Source: Syntrophales bacterium | GTDB lineage: Bacteria; Desulfobacterota; Syntrophia; Syntrophales; UBA6807 | Length of the DNA stretch: 64,000 nucleotides | Reading direction: 5' to 3' | NCBI GenBank assembly: GCA_040767195.1 | Contig: JAXGPA010000005.1 | Coordinates: forward strand, 81,426 to 145,425 | Shown: piece after piece, positions 18,101-29,000 of the stretch | Numbering within the stretch: position 1 is the first letter of the stretch | How the letters are laid out: every line of letters starts with the position of its first letter | The notes under the pieces: model-generated | Databases searched by the model: none | What the model saw: only the letters and a program-made list of their open reading frames with translations | What the model was told of the DNA's origin: nothing | Position numbers and translations under genes: made by a program

Positions 18101-19711
18101 TCACGGCGCCGGTTCATCATGCCCGGGAGGCCCGCCGTCGCGAACCCGGGTCCCTTCGCCGAAAACGAGCATCCGGTAGGTCTTTTCGATCCGGTCCCAG
18201 TTTTCCTCCCGGTCCATGGACCAGAAACGGCCGATGACGGAGACGAGTTTACCCAGTTTTTTATCAAGGCACCGGCGTTCGATGGTTTCGGTGTATTCGG
18301 CCCCGCTTTCCGGCCGTTCCCCCCGCCGGCCGAGCATGGCGTGGATGAACACCCGGCTTGGGCCTTCCCGGGCCGCCAGGTCGAGAAGCCCGTGGAGGTA
18401 GTCCATGGAGCCGTGGGAGCTGAAAAAGGAAACGATCCCCATGAGGTGAAGGGCCTTTTCCCGCTCCCGGGCTTCCCGGCAGGCTCTCAAAAAGGCGGGC
18501 CTTTGGAAGAAGGTCCCGTCCTCCAGGGATTTTCCTATAAGAACCCGGTCCGACGGGACGACCCGTCCCGAGCCGATGTGCAGATGGCCCGCTTCCGAGT
18601 TTCCCACCGTTCCCGGGGGGAGCCCGACGGCCTCTCCCGACGCCTCGAGGATGGACAGGCCGCCCGTTGCCTCAAGTTCGTCCATGACGGGTGTTCTTGC
18701 CCGGGCGATCAGGTTACCCTCGGGGTTTTCCCGGCGTCCCCACCCGTCCAGGATGAGGAAGAGGACTTTCCGCCTCGCCCCCGCCGGGACGGCTCCTTCC
18801 ATGAGGGTTTCCCCCGTCATGGTCGACGGTGCGGGAAGGCCCAGGAGATGCAGGACCGTCGGGGCGACATCGATAAGGGTGCCTCTTTTTCGCATCGCCA
18901 GCGGGCCCTGGGGATGGCGGACGAAAAAGGGGACCGGCGAGTCGGTGTGCCCTGTGTCGACGGTCCCGTCGGGGTAGAGCCATTTTTCCACCGTGCCGTG
19001 ATCGGCCGTGACGATGACGATCCAGTTTCTTTCCCGGGCGGCCCTGATGACCTGCCCGGCGCAGCGGTCCACGGTCTCCACGGATTTCAGGACCGCTGCC
19101 TCGTTTTCGATGTGGCCCACCACGTCCACATTGGGAAAGTTGACCATGATAAAAGGGCTTTCCCCTTTTTCGATCTCCGCCAGGACGGTCCCCGTCACGT
19201 CCCCGATGGACATCTCCGGGGCTTCGTCGAAAAGGGGCACGTCCTTTCGCGTGGGGATGACGATCCGCCTTTCCCCGGGGAAAAGGCGATGGGACTTGCC
19301 GTTGAGAAAATACCCCAGGTGGGTCGCTTTTTCCGCCTCGGTGATCTTGAGAACCCCCACGCCGTGGGTGGCGAGGACCTCGACGAGGGTGTCCCGCAGG
19401 TCTTCCACGGGGGGAAAAGCGACGTCCACGGGAAGGTCCCGGGCGTATTCGATCATGGTGCAGAATCGAAGCTGAAGATCCGTCCCGGTGGAAAAGGCCG
19501 TGAAACCGGGTTCGGTGAGGCTCCGGGTCAGCTCGATTTCACGCTCGCCCCGGATGTTGTAAAAAATGACCGAGTCCCCCGGCGCGATTCTGCCGACGGG
19601 CGTTCCCGACCCGTCCTCCAGGACAAGGGGGCGCAGGGTCTCGTCGTCCTCACCGTTCCGGTAAGCCCGTCGAACGGCCCGGGCGAGGGGAAAGGCATAT
19701 TCCTTTTTCAT
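18101..19711 (-). CDS. gpmI: 2,3-bisphosphoglycerate-independent phosphoglycerate mutase homolog, circularly permuted
   Basis: All GpmI blocks are present, but the canonical C-terminal half (EK.H, PEMS, D.VGH, TADHG, HT..PVPF, APT) precedes the canonical N-terminal half (ILDGWG, GNSE.GH, GR..SMDR). Confidence 0.85.
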   Translation of the reverse strand: MKKEYAFPLARAVRRAYRNGEDDETLRPLVLEDGSGTPVGRIAPGDSVIFYNIRGEREIELTRSLTEPGFTAFSTGTDLQLRFCTMIEYARDLPVDVAFPPVEDLRDTLVEVLATHGVGVLKITEAEKATHLGYFLNGKSHRLFPGERRIVIPTRKDVPLFDEAPEMSIGDVTGTVLAEIEKGESPFIMVNFPNVDVVGHIENEAAVLKSVETVDRCAGQVIRAARERNWIVIVTADHGTVEKWLYPDGTVDTGHTDSPVPFFVRHPQGPLAMRKRGTLIDVAPTVLHLLGLPAPSTMTGETLMEGAVPAGARRKVLFLILDGWGRRENPEGNLIARARTPVMDELEATGGLSILEASGEAVGLPPGTVGNSEAGHLHIGSGRVVPSDRVLIGKSLEDGTFFQRPAFLRACREAREREKALHLMGIVSFFSSHGSMDYLHGLLDLAAREGPSRVFIHAMLGRRGERPESGAEYTETIERRCLDKKLGKLVSVIGRFWSMDREENWDRIEKTYRMLVFGEGTRVRDGGPPGHDEPAP

Positions 19712-19909
19712 CTGTGTCTGCCTCGCTCTTTTGCGGTTACCCTATGCGATACCGGGTAAATTGTAAAGGCCGACGGCGGGGACGGGGGTTTTTTATTGAA
19801 ACTTCCTGTTATCCATGTTACACAACGGTTTTTTTTAAATAAAATGAACTTTCGACGAAACCCTTGAGAAGGGGTTTTACAAAAAAGCGGAGACGGGGCA
19901 GTATAAAAA

Positions 19910-20323
19910 ATGACCCGTGAAAAAAGCTACAAGCAGACAAAGGAAGACATTCTCCGGGAACGGGCCCAGGTTCTGGCCCGGGCGGGCGAGAGCGTTCACG
20001 CGGCCCTGGAGAGGCTGAAAATCCTCGAGCAGGAAATCGACGACAAAACGGCCCTTTACCGGAGAGCGGAGGCCCGGTCCTCTTCCGGCGATCCCGTCCG
20101 CCCCAGGCTTCACAGGTTCCTGGAACGCCTCCTGGAGGAGATCAATCTCGGGGTCGCGGGGTACAATGAAGAAAGGGAATACGCCAAGGTGCGTTATTAT
20201 TATCTCATCGTCACCCGGGAGGCCATGGGCCTCAGAAGGCACCAGACGGTGGAGGAAGTTTACCGCATTCCGGAAAAAAAGCGATATCTTGAAAGGCCCC
20301 CATGGATCCATACGAAAAAATGA
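19910..20323 (+). CDS. Hypothetical helical protein
   Basis: Host-like codon usage; 3' end overlaps pcm; no family recognised. Confidence 0.7.
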   Translation: MTREKSYKQTKEDILRERAQVLARAGESVHAALERLKILEQEIDDKTALYRRAEARSSSGDPVRPRLHRFLERLLEEINLGVAGYNEEREYAKVRYYYLIVTREAMGLRRHQTVEEVYRIPEKKRYLERPPWIHTKK

Positions 20324-20967
20324 GAAAGAAGATGGTGGATTCCCAGCTTCGCTCCCGGGGTGTCCGGGACGAGCGGGTTCTCCGGGCGATGGAGAAAATT
20401 CCCCGGCATCTCTTTGTCGAGGAGGGGCTTCGGGACCAGGCCTATTCGGATCATCCTCTGCCCATCGGTGAACGGCAGACCATTTCTCAACCCTACATCG
20501 TCGCTCTCATGACGGAGGCCCTCTCTCTCGAGGGGACGGAAAAGATTCTTGAAGTCGGGACAGGGTCGGGGTATCAGGCGGCGGTCCTGGCGGAACTCGC
20601 CGACAGGGTCTTCTCCATCGAGCGCATAGTGAAAATGGCCGACCGGGCAAGAAGAATTCTCGGCGCCCTCCGCTACAGCAACGTTCTCATCAAGGTGGGC
20701 GACGGCACCTACGGCTGGAAGGACGAGGCCCCTTTCGACGGCATCATCGTCACCGCCGGGGCCCCGAAAGTGCCCGAGACGCTCGTGGCACAGCTTGCCG
20801 TGGGGGGACGGCTGGTCATTCCCGTCGGGGACCGGTTCACCCAGACGCTTTTTCGGGTGGTGCGCCGGTCCGAAGAACCGGGGGACGTGGTAAAAGAAGA
20901 CCTGGGAGGATGCCGGTTCGTGGATCTCATAGGGGATCATGGATGGAAAAACGACAGCCAGCTTTGA
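20302..20967 (+). CDS. pcm: Protein-L-isoaspartate O-methyltransferase
   Basis: [38 protein letters not shown]. Confidence 0.95.
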   Translation: MDPYEKMRKKMVDSQLRSRGVRDERVLRAMEKIPRHLFVEEGLRDQAYSDHPLPIGERQTISQPYIVALMTEALSLEGTEKILEVGTGSGYQAAVLAELADRVFSIERIVKMADRARRILGALRYSNVLIKVGDGTYGWKDEAPFDGIIVTAGAPKVPETLVAQLAVGGRLVIPVGDRFTQTLFRVVRRSEEPGDVVKEDLGGCRFVDLIGDHGWKNDSQL

Positions 20968-21545
20968 TGCGAAGGCTCTATGACTGGGTCCTTCACTTCG
21001 CCGAAACCCCTTTCGGAACCTGGGCCCTCTTTCTCCTCGCGTTTGCCGAATCGAGCTTCTTTCCCATTCCGCCGGACGTTCTCCTCATCGCCCTGGCCCT
21101 GGCGATCCCGGCCCGGGCGTTCCGGTATGCCGCCGTCTGCACCGCCGGTTCCGTTCTCGGCGGCATGCTCGGGTATGTCATCGGTTACGGTTTCATGGAA
21201 GCGGTGGGATTCAGGATTCTCGAATTCTACGGTCTCTCGGATAAGTTCGGCGTCATCGGCGGGCTTTACAACCAATACAGCGCCTGGGTGGTGGGTATCG
21301 CGGGGTTTACCCCCATCCCCTACAAGGTGTTCACCATTGCCGGCGGGGCTTTTAAAATCCACTTCCCCGTCTTCGTCGCCGCGTCCGTCGTCAGCCGGGG
21401 CGCCCGTTTTTTTCTTGTGGGCTGGCTGATACACCGTTACGGGGAGCCGATAAAAACCTTCATGAACCGGTATTTCAATCTTCTCACCATTCTTTTCACG
21501 GTTCTCCTCGTGGGGGGGTTCGTCCTCCTGCGCTGGTTCTTCTGA
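20967..21545 (+). CDS. YqaA/DedA-family membrane protein
   Basis: AFAESSFFPIPPD, GFTPIPYKVFTI, SRGARFF; usual position between pcm and nlpD. Confidence 0.9.
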   Translation: MRRLYDWVLHFAETPFGTWALFLLAFAESSFFPIPPDVLLIALALAIPARAFRYAAVCTAGSVLGGMLGYVIGYGFMEAVGFRILEFYGLSDKFGVIGGLYNQYSAWVVGIAGFTPIPYKVFTIAGGAFKIHFPVFVAASVVSRGARFFLVGWLIHRYGEPIKTFMNRYFNLLTILFTVLLVGGFVLLRWFF

Positions 21546-21578
21546 AAGGCGGCAATAGACGGGAGCATGGAAGGTGCC

Positions 21579-22358
21579 ATGCGACATTGCATCATCATCG
21601 TCCTTTCCCTCGTTCTCATGGCCTGCTCGGGACCCGGGGAGAGGTCCGGGGAGCCGGGGACGGGCGTCTACCACTGCGTCGAGGCGGGGGAAACGCTCTG
21701 GTCCATCGCCCGTCTCTATGGCCAGGACGCGGCCACCCTGGCCCGGGTGAACGGCATCGACGATCCCGCCTCCCTGCCTGTCGACACCGTTCTTTTTGTG
21801 CCCGGGGCGGGCCGAACGCTTGCCGGGGAAAGCGACGGGGAAGAACCGCCGGACCGGCCGGCGGCGAAAGAGTCGGCAAAAGCGCCGCCGGAAAAACGGA
21901 CCTCCCCCGGAGCCGGAGCCGGGGCGCCCGGGGAGAAGAAAAAAAAGACCGTTTCCCCACCGCCGGCCCTCAAGGGGTCCCCGTTCATCTGGCCCGTCGA
22001 AGGACCGGTCCTTTCCACCTTCGGCCGGCAGTCCGACGGCATGGTCTACAACGGCATACGGATCGGGGGCAAGGAGGGCGCTTCGGTGAAGGCTTCCGCA
22101 TCGGGGACGGTGATCCACTCGGCGACGCTGAAGTATTACGGGGAAACGGTGATTCTCAAGCACGGGGACGGTTACTGCACCGTCTATGCCCACCTGAAGG
22201 ACAGGCGGGTCAAGGCGGGGGACCGGATACGCCAGGGCGAACCCATCGCCCGTGTCGGGACGGACGAAAAGAAGGGCATTCCCTGCCTCCATTTCGAGAT
22301 ACGGAAGGGAAACCGGCCGAGAGACCCCCTGAAATACCTTTCTTCCCGCGAAGGGTGA
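21579..22358 (+). CDS. LysM + M23 peptidase lipoprotein (NlpD-like)
   Basis: Lipobox LMAC, LysM GETLWSIAR, WPV.G, YAHL, LHFEIR. Confidence 0.88.
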   Translation: MRHCIIIVLSLVLMACSGPGERSGEPGTGVYHCVEAGETLWSIARLYGQDAATLARVNGIDDPASLPVDTVLFVPGAGRTLAGESDGEEPPDRPAAKESAKAPPEKRTSPGAGAGAPGEKKKKTVSPPPALKGSPFIWPVEGPVLSTFGRQSDGMVYNGIRIGGKEGASVKASASGTVIHSATLKYYGETVILKHGDGYCTVYAHLKDRRVKAGDRIRQGEPIARVGTDEKKGIPCLHFEIRKGNRPRDPLKYLSSREG

Positions 22359-22475
22359 CCGTCCTGTCGATAGAGGAGAAAGCGCTTTTTTACGGCCGGC
22401 CATGGCCCAAACTCATTATCAAAATAAAACGGCCCATTCAACCGGGGCGAGTCAACAAACATTATAGGAGAAGAG

Positions 22476-23141
22476 ATGAAGCTTGATGAAAATCTTTACG
22501 TTTACGAGTGGACCGATTTCATGGAAAACAACTGCAACAGCTATTACATCGGGGGTCCTGGGATTCTCATCGACCCCGGGCTGAAAAAATTCTTTCCCGA
22601 TCTCCTGGAGCGGATGGGGGAAGACGGGATTGGGGAAGAAGAAATCCGCTATGTTCTGAACACCCACTCCCACCCCGATCACTTCGAAGCGTCGGTGCTC
22701 TTCAACGGCAACGGTCAGGTTAAAACGGGACTGAGCCCGGAAGAGAGAACCTTTCACGAGGCGTCGGGAAAACTTCTTTACAGCTGGTTCGGCCTCGACC
22801 TTCCCGAGGTGGACATCGATCTGGATCTTCCTGAAGGCCCGCTGGTCCTGGATGGCGAGTCCTTCCAGGTCCTCCTGACTCCCGGTCACTCCCCCGGTCA
22901 TGTCTGTCTCTACTGGCCCGGGCGAAAAGCCCTTTTCTGCGGAGACGTCATTTTCAACCAGAACGTGGGCCGGACCGATTTCCCCGGAGGAAACGGCGAG
23001 CACCTCAAGCGAAGCATCCTCCGCCTTTCACAGCTGGATGTGGAGCACCTCCTCCCGGGGCACATGGATATCATCACGGGCAAGGAACGGGTCCGGAAGA
23101 ACTTCCGCCAGGTCATCGAGTTCGTTTTCCCGTACATTTGA
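22476..23141 (+). CDS. MBL-fold metallo-hydrolase
   Basis: THSHPDH, TPGHSPG, GD, PGH. Confidence 0.88.
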   Translation: MKLDENLYVYEWTDFMENNCNSYYIGGPGILIDPGLKKFFPDLLERMGEDGIGEEEIRYVLNTHSHPDHFEASVLFNGNGQVKTGLSPEERTFHEASGKLLYSWFGLDLPEVDIDLDLPEGPLVLDGESFQVLLTPGHSPGHVCLYWPGRKALFCGDVIFNQNVGRTDFPGGNGEHLKRSILRLSQLDVEHLLPGHMDIITGKERVRKNFRQVIEFVFPYI

Positions 23142-23170
23142 TGACCCCCGGAAGGAAAACGCAAAAGCAT

Positions 23171-23199
23171 TTGACGGATGGGAGAAAAAGGGATATGGT
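23171..23199 (+). promoter_or_regulatory. Sigma70-type promoter
   Basis: TTGACG-17 bp-TATGGT upstream of the MBL-purC genes. Confidence 0.55.
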
Positions 23200-23238
23200 G
23201 CCCTTCTTTGAAAATTAAAGAAAAGGAGCAGTACTTTC

Positions 23239-23874
23239 ATGGTCTTGGAACAGATCCAGGTAGGCCACATGGCCGTGTTCGCTTATCTCATCGGGGATGA
23301 GAAAACCGGTGAGGCCGCTCTCGTCGACCCCGCCGCGGAGGTGGATCTTCTCCTTCGCGAGGCGGAGAGCCGGGGTCTTTCCATTCGCTACATCATCAAC
23401 ACCCACGGACACGTGGATCACATCGCCGGCAACGCCGAGTGCAAGAAGGCGACGGGGGCCCGGATCGTCATCCATGAAGGGGACGCGGGGATGCTGACCT
23501 CCACGCCGTCCATGATACTGCGCATGTTTCACGCCAGGCCGTCGCCGCCGGCGGACCTCACGGTCCGAGACGGGGACGTTCTCCCCCTGGGGGATCACTC
23601 CTGGAAAATTCTTCACACGCCGGGGCACTCGCCGGGGGGGATGTGTCTTTACACCCCGGGCTATGTTCTCACCGGCGACACGCTTTTCGTGGAGAGCGTC
23701 GGCCGGACGGATCTTCCAGGCGGGTCCTGGGAGATTCTCCATCGTTCCATAACGGAAAAGCTCGCCACGCTCCCGGAAGACACGGTGGTCCTGCCGGGGC
23801 ATAATTACGGCCGGGTTTCCCAATCCACCATCGGGCACGAGAAGCGCCGCAATCCTTTCCTGAGACGGGGGTAG
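23239..23874 (+). CDS. MBL-fold hydrolase (glyoxalase II-like)
   Basis: THGHVDH, HTPGHSPG, TGDTLF, GRTDLPGG, PGH. Confidence 0.88.
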   Translation: MVLEQIQVGHMAVFAYLIGDEKTGEAALVDPAAEVDLLLREAESRGLSIRYIINTHGHVDHIAGNAECKKATGARIVIHEGDAGMLTSTPSMILRMFHARPSPPADLTVRDGDVLPLGDHSWKILHTPGHSPGGMCLYTPGYVLTGDTLFVESVGRTDLPGGSWEILHRSITEKLATLPEDTVVLPGHNYGRVSQSTIGHEKRRNPFLRRG

Positions 23875-23881
23875 GTAAGCC

Positions 23882-24766
23882 ATGGAAACAAAGGGACTGT
23901 CAAGGGTCGATCTCCCGGGGCTGACTTTCCGGGCTCGGGGAAAGGTACGGGACATTTACGATCTCGGGGAAGCCCTCCTCATCGTGGCGACGGACCGGAT
24001 ATCGGCGTTCGACGTCATTTTTCCCGATCCTGTCCCCGGCAAGGGAAAGATTCTCACGCGCCTGTCCCTTTTCTGGTTCGACCAGGTCCGGGACCTGGTG
24101 GAAAATCATCTCATCACCGCCGACGTGAGGGCTTACCCGGAGCCCTGCCGGCCCTACGAGGCGCTTCTCGAGGGGCGGAGCATGCTCGTCCGGAAAGCCC
24201 GCCCCCTGCCCGTGGAATGCGTGGTCCGGGGCTATCTGACCGGCTCGGCCTGGAAAGACTACCGGGAGGGCCGCCCTGTTTCCGGGATCCGGCTCCCGGA
24301 AGGGCTCGTCGAATCGGCCCGCCTGGAGACGCCTCTTTTCACGCCGTCCACCAAGGCCCCGGAAGGCGAGCACGACCTTCCCATTTCCATGGCGGAAATG
24401 GAGAGACTCATCGGCCCGGGACTGGCTGAAAAGGTCGCCCGCCTGTCCCTTCGGGTTTACGAAAGGGCCCAGTCGCTGGCGGAGGAACGGGGAATCATCA
24501 TCGCCGACACGAAAATGGAGTTCGGGACCATCGGCGATGATCTCATCCTCATTGACGAGCTGCTCACCCCGGACTCTTCCCGGTTCTGGCCCCGGGAAGA
24601 ATATGAAGAGGGCCGTCCCCAGAAAAGTTTCGACAAGCAGGTTCTCAGGGATTACCTTCTTGCCACGGGCTGGAACCAGAAGCCCCCGGCACCGAGGCTT
24701 CCCGCGGACATCGTGAAAAAAACACGGGAACGATACGAGGAGGCCGTCCGCCGTCTCCTCCCATAG
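23882..24766 (+). CDS. purC: SAICAR synthetase
   Basis: GKVRDIY, DRISAFD, ECVVRGY, FTPSTKA, ADTK.EFG, DELLTPDSSRFW, DKQ. Confidence 0.96.
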   Translation: METKGLSRVDLPGLTFRARGKVRDIYDLGEALLIVATDRISAFDVIFPDPVPGKGKILTRLSLFWFDQVRDLVENHLITADVRAYPEPCRPYEALLEGRSMLVRKARPLPVECVVRGYLTGSAWKDYREGRPVSGIRLPEGLVESARLETPLFTPSTKAPEGEHDLPISMAEMERLIGPGLAEKVARLSLRVYERAQSLAEERGIIIADTKMEFGTIGDDLILIDELLTPDSSRFWPREEYEEGRPQKSFDKQVLRDYLLATGWNQKPPAPRLPADIVKKTRERYEEAVRRLLP

Positions 24767-24777
24767 ACCCGCTTTCC

Positions 24778-24806
24778 TTGACAGGCGGAAAGAGGGATAT
24801 TAAATT
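24778..24806 (+). promoter_or_regulatory. Sigma70-type promoter of dnaJ
   Basis: TTGACA-17 bp-TAAATT. Confidence 0.55.
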
Positions 24807-24875
24807 AAATGATGTATTTTTCTGCCTTTTTAAAGATCCCACCGGGACGGCCCGAAGAAGGTTCACGTTGATTTC

Positions 24876-25937
24876 ATGAAGAACGACTATTACCGCGTCC
24901 TCGGGGTGGAGCGCAGCGCCTCCCCTGAAGAGATCAAGAAAAATTACAGAAAACTCGCCATGAAATTCCACCCCGATCGCAACCCCGGCGATCGGGAGGC
25001 GGAGGAAAAATTCAAGGAAGCCGCCGAGGCTTACGAGGTTCTGTGCGATCCCGAGAAGCGGGGTATTTACGACCGCTACGGGCACGAGGGTCTCCAGGGG
25101 TCGGGATACCGCGGCTTTTCGGGGTTCGAGGATATTTTTTCCAGCTTCGGAGACATTTTCGAGGATGTTTTCGGGTTCGGCGGGGGCGCCCGGGCCCGTT
25201 CCCGGACAGCCGCCCGGGCCGGGGCGGACCTCCGGTACGACCTCCGGGTGGCGTTCATGGACGCCGCTTTCGGGACGTCCCGGGAAATCGACGTGGAAAG
25301 GCTTGTCCGGTGCGATCCGTGCCAGGGGACGGGGGCTGCCGAGGGATCGAGTCCCGAGGTCTGCGGCACCTGCCACGGGAGAGGGCAGGTGACCCAGCGA
25401 AGCGGGTTTTTCAGCATCAGCACGACCTGTCCCTACTGCCGCGGAGAAGGGCGGATCATACGAAACCCCTGCCGGTCCTGCCGGGGGACGGGCCGAAAGC
25501 TGCAAAGCAAATCCGTTCATATCAGGATCCCGCCGGGCGTGGAAACGGGATCCCGCCTGAGGCTTCGCGGGGAAGGCGAAGAAGGCGAACACGGTGGCCC
25601 TCCGGGGGATCTTTATGTCTTCATCGAGGTCGAGCCCCACCCGTTCTTCGAGCGGCACGGAGACGACATCCTCCTGAAACTGACCGTTTCCGTGACCCAG
25701 GCGGCCCTGGGAGCCACCCTGGAGGTTCCCACCCTGAACGGGGCGGAAAAAATAAAGATTCCCCGGGGAACGCAGCACGGGAAGATTTTCCGCCTTCCGG
25801 GAAAAGGGATTCCCAACCTGCGCGGCCGGGGACGGGGAGACCAGGTCGTCGAGGCCTGCGTGGAAGTCCCCACCAACCTGTCCAAGCAGGAGGAGAAAGT
25901 CCTCCGGGAATTCGCCCGGCTTCGCGGCGAAAGCTGA
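24876..25937 (+). CDS. dnaJ: Chaperone DnaJ
   Basis: J-domain with HPD, G/F region, four CxxCxGxG repeats, C-terminal domain. Confidence 0.96.
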   Translation: MKNDYYRVLGVERSASPEEIKKNYRKLAMKFHPDRNPGDREAEEKFKEAAEAYEVLCDPEKRGIYDRYGHEGLQGSGYRGFSGFEDIFSSFGDIFEDVFGFGGGARARSRTAARAGADLRYDLRVAFMDAAFGTSREIDVERLVRCDPCQGTGAAEGSSPEVCGTCHGRGQVTQRSGFFSISTTCPYCRGEGRIIRNPCRSCRGTGRKLQSKSVHIRIPPGVETGSRLRLRGEGEEGEHGGPPGDLYVFIEVEPHPFFERHGDDILLKLTVSVTQAALGATLEVPTLNGAEKIKIPRGTQHGKIFRLPGKGIPNLRGRGRGDQVVEACVEVPTNLSKQEEKVLREFARLRGES

Positions 25938-25982
25938 CGCGGCGGCCCCCCAGGCCGCTTCCCGCCCCAGCGGAAAATCCCG

Positions 25983-26011
25983 TTGACACGAAAAGACGAG
26001 TTCCCTATACT
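25983..26011 (+). promoter_or_regulatory. Near-consensus sigma70 promoter of carB-purF
   Basis: TTGACA-17 bp-TATACT, 69 bp upstream of the carB ATG. Confidence 0.7.
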
Positions 26012-26079
26012 CCAACCGCCTTCAGGACGGAGACCGGAAAAAAGAGAACCTAACGACAAGCCAGGAAAAGGAAACCCCC

Positions 26080-29000
26080 ATGCCCCCACGGACAGACATC
26101 AGGAAAGTTCTCATCATCGGTTCAGGCCCCATCATCATCGGGCAGGCCTGCGAGTTTGACTATTCGGGAACCCAGGCGTGCAAGGCCCTGAAAAAACTGG
26201 GGTACGAGGTGGTCCTGGTGAACTCCAACCCCGCCACCATCATGACGGACCCCGAGATGGCCGACATGACCTACATCGAACCGCTCAACATCCAGACGCT
26301 TCGGGACATCATCGAAAAGGAAAGGCCCGACGCCATCCTGCCCAACCTGGGCGGGCAGACGGGGTTGAATCTTTCATCGGAACTTTACAGGAAGGGGATA
26401 CTCGACGCCTTCGACGTCACGGTCATCGGTGTCAACGTCGACGCCATCGAGAGGGGGGAGGATCGGATCGCCTTCAAGGAAACCATGAACCGCCTGGGAA
26501 TCGAGATACCGAGGAGCAAACCCGCCTACACCGTGGAGGAGGCGGAGGCCATCGCCGATGAACTGGGCTACCCCGTGGTGGTCCGGCCCGCTTACACCCT
26601 CGGGGGTACGGGCGGCGGGCTCGTTTACAACCGGGAGGAACTCCAAGTCGTTGCGAGCCGGGGGATCGCCGCCAGCATGATCGGCCAGGTTCTCATCGAG
26701 GAGTCCGTTCTCGGCTGGGAGGAGCTGGAACTCGAGGTCGTCCGCGACGCGAAGAACCAGATGATTACCGTCTGCTTCATCGAGAACGTGGACCCCATGG
26801 GCGTCCACACCGGTGACTCGTACTGTACCGCCCCCATGCTCACCATCTCGCCGGAACTCCAGGAAAGGCTGCAGAAATATTCATACCACATCGTCGAGGC
26901 CATCGAGGTCATCGGGGGGACCAACGTCCAGTTCGCCCACGACCCCGCCACGGGACGGGTCGTGGTCATCGAAATCAATCCCAGGACCTCCCGTTCATCC
27001 GCCCTGGCCTCCAAGGCGACGGGGTTTCCCATCGCCATGATTTCCGCCATGCTCGCCGCGGGCCTGACCCTGGACGAGATCCCCTACTGGAAAGAGGGAA
27101 CCCTCGACAAGTACCGGCCCTCGGGGGATTACGTGGTCGTCAAGTTCGCCCGGTGGGCCTTCGAGAAGTTTCCCGGTTCCGAGGACGCTCTGGGCACCCA
27201 GATGCGGGCCGTGGGTGAGGTCATGAGCATCGGGAAGACCTACAAGGAGGCCTTCCAGAAAGCCATACGGTCCCTGGAAATCGGCCGTTATGGACTTGGT
27301 TTTGCCCGGGATTTCCATGAAAAGCCCCTGGACGAGCTCATGAAGCTCCTTTCCAGGGCGACCAGCGAAAGGCAGTTTCTCATGTACGAAGCCCTTCGGA
27401 AGGGCGCCACCGTGGAGGCGCTCCATGAGAAAACGGCCATCAAGCGGTGGTTTATCGAGCAGATGAAGGAGCTCGTGGAGCTGGAGGAGGAAATCCTGTC
27501 CCACCGGGGGGGTACGATTCCCGACGATCTTCTCGCCCGGGCCAAGAAAGACGGCTTCTCGGACCGTTATCTCTCCAGGCTTCTCGCCCGGGCGGAAAGG
27601 GACATTCGAAAGCAGCGGACCGCCCTGGGGGTCGTCCACGGGTGGGAACCGGTGCCCGTGAGCGGTGTCGAGGACGCCGCCTACTACTATTCCACCTACA
27701 ACGCCCCGGACAGTGTTTCCACGACGGGAAACCGCAAGGTCATCGTCCTGGGCGGGGGGCCGAACCGGATCGGCCAGGGGATCGAATTCGACTATTGCTG
27801 CGTGCACGCCGCCTTCGCCCTCCGGGACGAGGGGGTGGAGTCCATCATGATCAACTGCAACCCCGAGACGGTTTCCACGGATTACGACACGGCGAACCGC
27901 CTCTACTTCGAACCTCTCACCGTGGAAGACGTGCTCGCCATTTATGAAAAGGAAAAGCCCGAAGGGGTCATCGTCCAGTTCGGCGGGCAGACCCCTCTCA
28001 ACATCGCCGGCGAACTGGCCGCCGAGGGGGTGCGGATCCTCGGGACGTCGCCGGAAACCATCGACCTCGCCGAAGACCGGGACCGGTTCCGCAAGATGAT
28101 GGAAAAGCTCGACATCCCGGAGCCCGAATCAGGGATGGCGAGCACCCTCGACGAGGCCCTGGCGATCGCCACGAAGATCGGGTACCCTCTCATCGTCCGT
28201 CCTTCCTATGTTCTCGGGGGCCGGGGAATGGAGATCGTCTACGACGAGGACATGCTCCGCCGGTATCTCGCCGCCGCGGTGGAGGTGACGCCGGAACGGC
28301 CCATTCTCATCGACAAGTTCCTGGAGGATGCCATCGAATCGGAGACGGACGCCATTTCCGACGGCCGGGACGTCTTCATCCCCGCCGTGATGGAGCACAT
28401 CGAACTGGCGGGAATCCACTCCGGCGACTCGGCCTGCGTGATACCGCCCATCAGCATCTCGGCCCGTCACATGGACACCATCTCGGAATACACGAAACGA
28501 ATCGCCCTGGAACTTGACGTGGTCGGCCTCATGAACATACAATACGCCATCGCCGACGACGTGGTGTACATCCTGGAAGCGAATCCCAGGGCGTCGCGGA
28601 CCGTTCCCCTCGTGTCCAAGGTCTGCAACGTTTCCATGGCCAGGATCGCCACCCAGCTCATGCTGGGGAAACGTCTTGTCGACCTCCGGCTGAAGCCCGG
28701 GCGCGTTTCCCACTTCGGGGTAAAGGAAGCGGTTTTTCCCTTCAACATGTTTCCCGAGGTGGACCCCGTCCTGGGACCGGAGATGCGCTCCACCGGGGAA
28801 GTCCTCGGCCTTGCCGATTCCTTCGGCCTCGCCTTTTACAAGGCCGAGGAAGCGGCCTCCCAGACGCTCCCGTCGGCAGGGACGGTCCTCATCACCGTTT
28901 CCGACCGGGACAAGGCTTCCATCGTGGAAGTGGCCAGGGCTTTCGTCTCCCTGGGGTTCAAGGTCCGCACCACCGGGGGCACCGGTGACTTTCTCAAGTC

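Noticed and set aside
17536..18267. 243-aa version of the macrodomain ORF, suggesting an N-terminal extension
   Set aside because: The extension overlaps the mutase gene in another frame; a GGAGG RBS supports the ATG at 18066
24767..24875. CIRCE or heat-shock element upstream of the stand-alone dnaJ
   Set aside because: No TTAGCACTC-N9-GAGTGCTAA present; only a sigma70-like promoter
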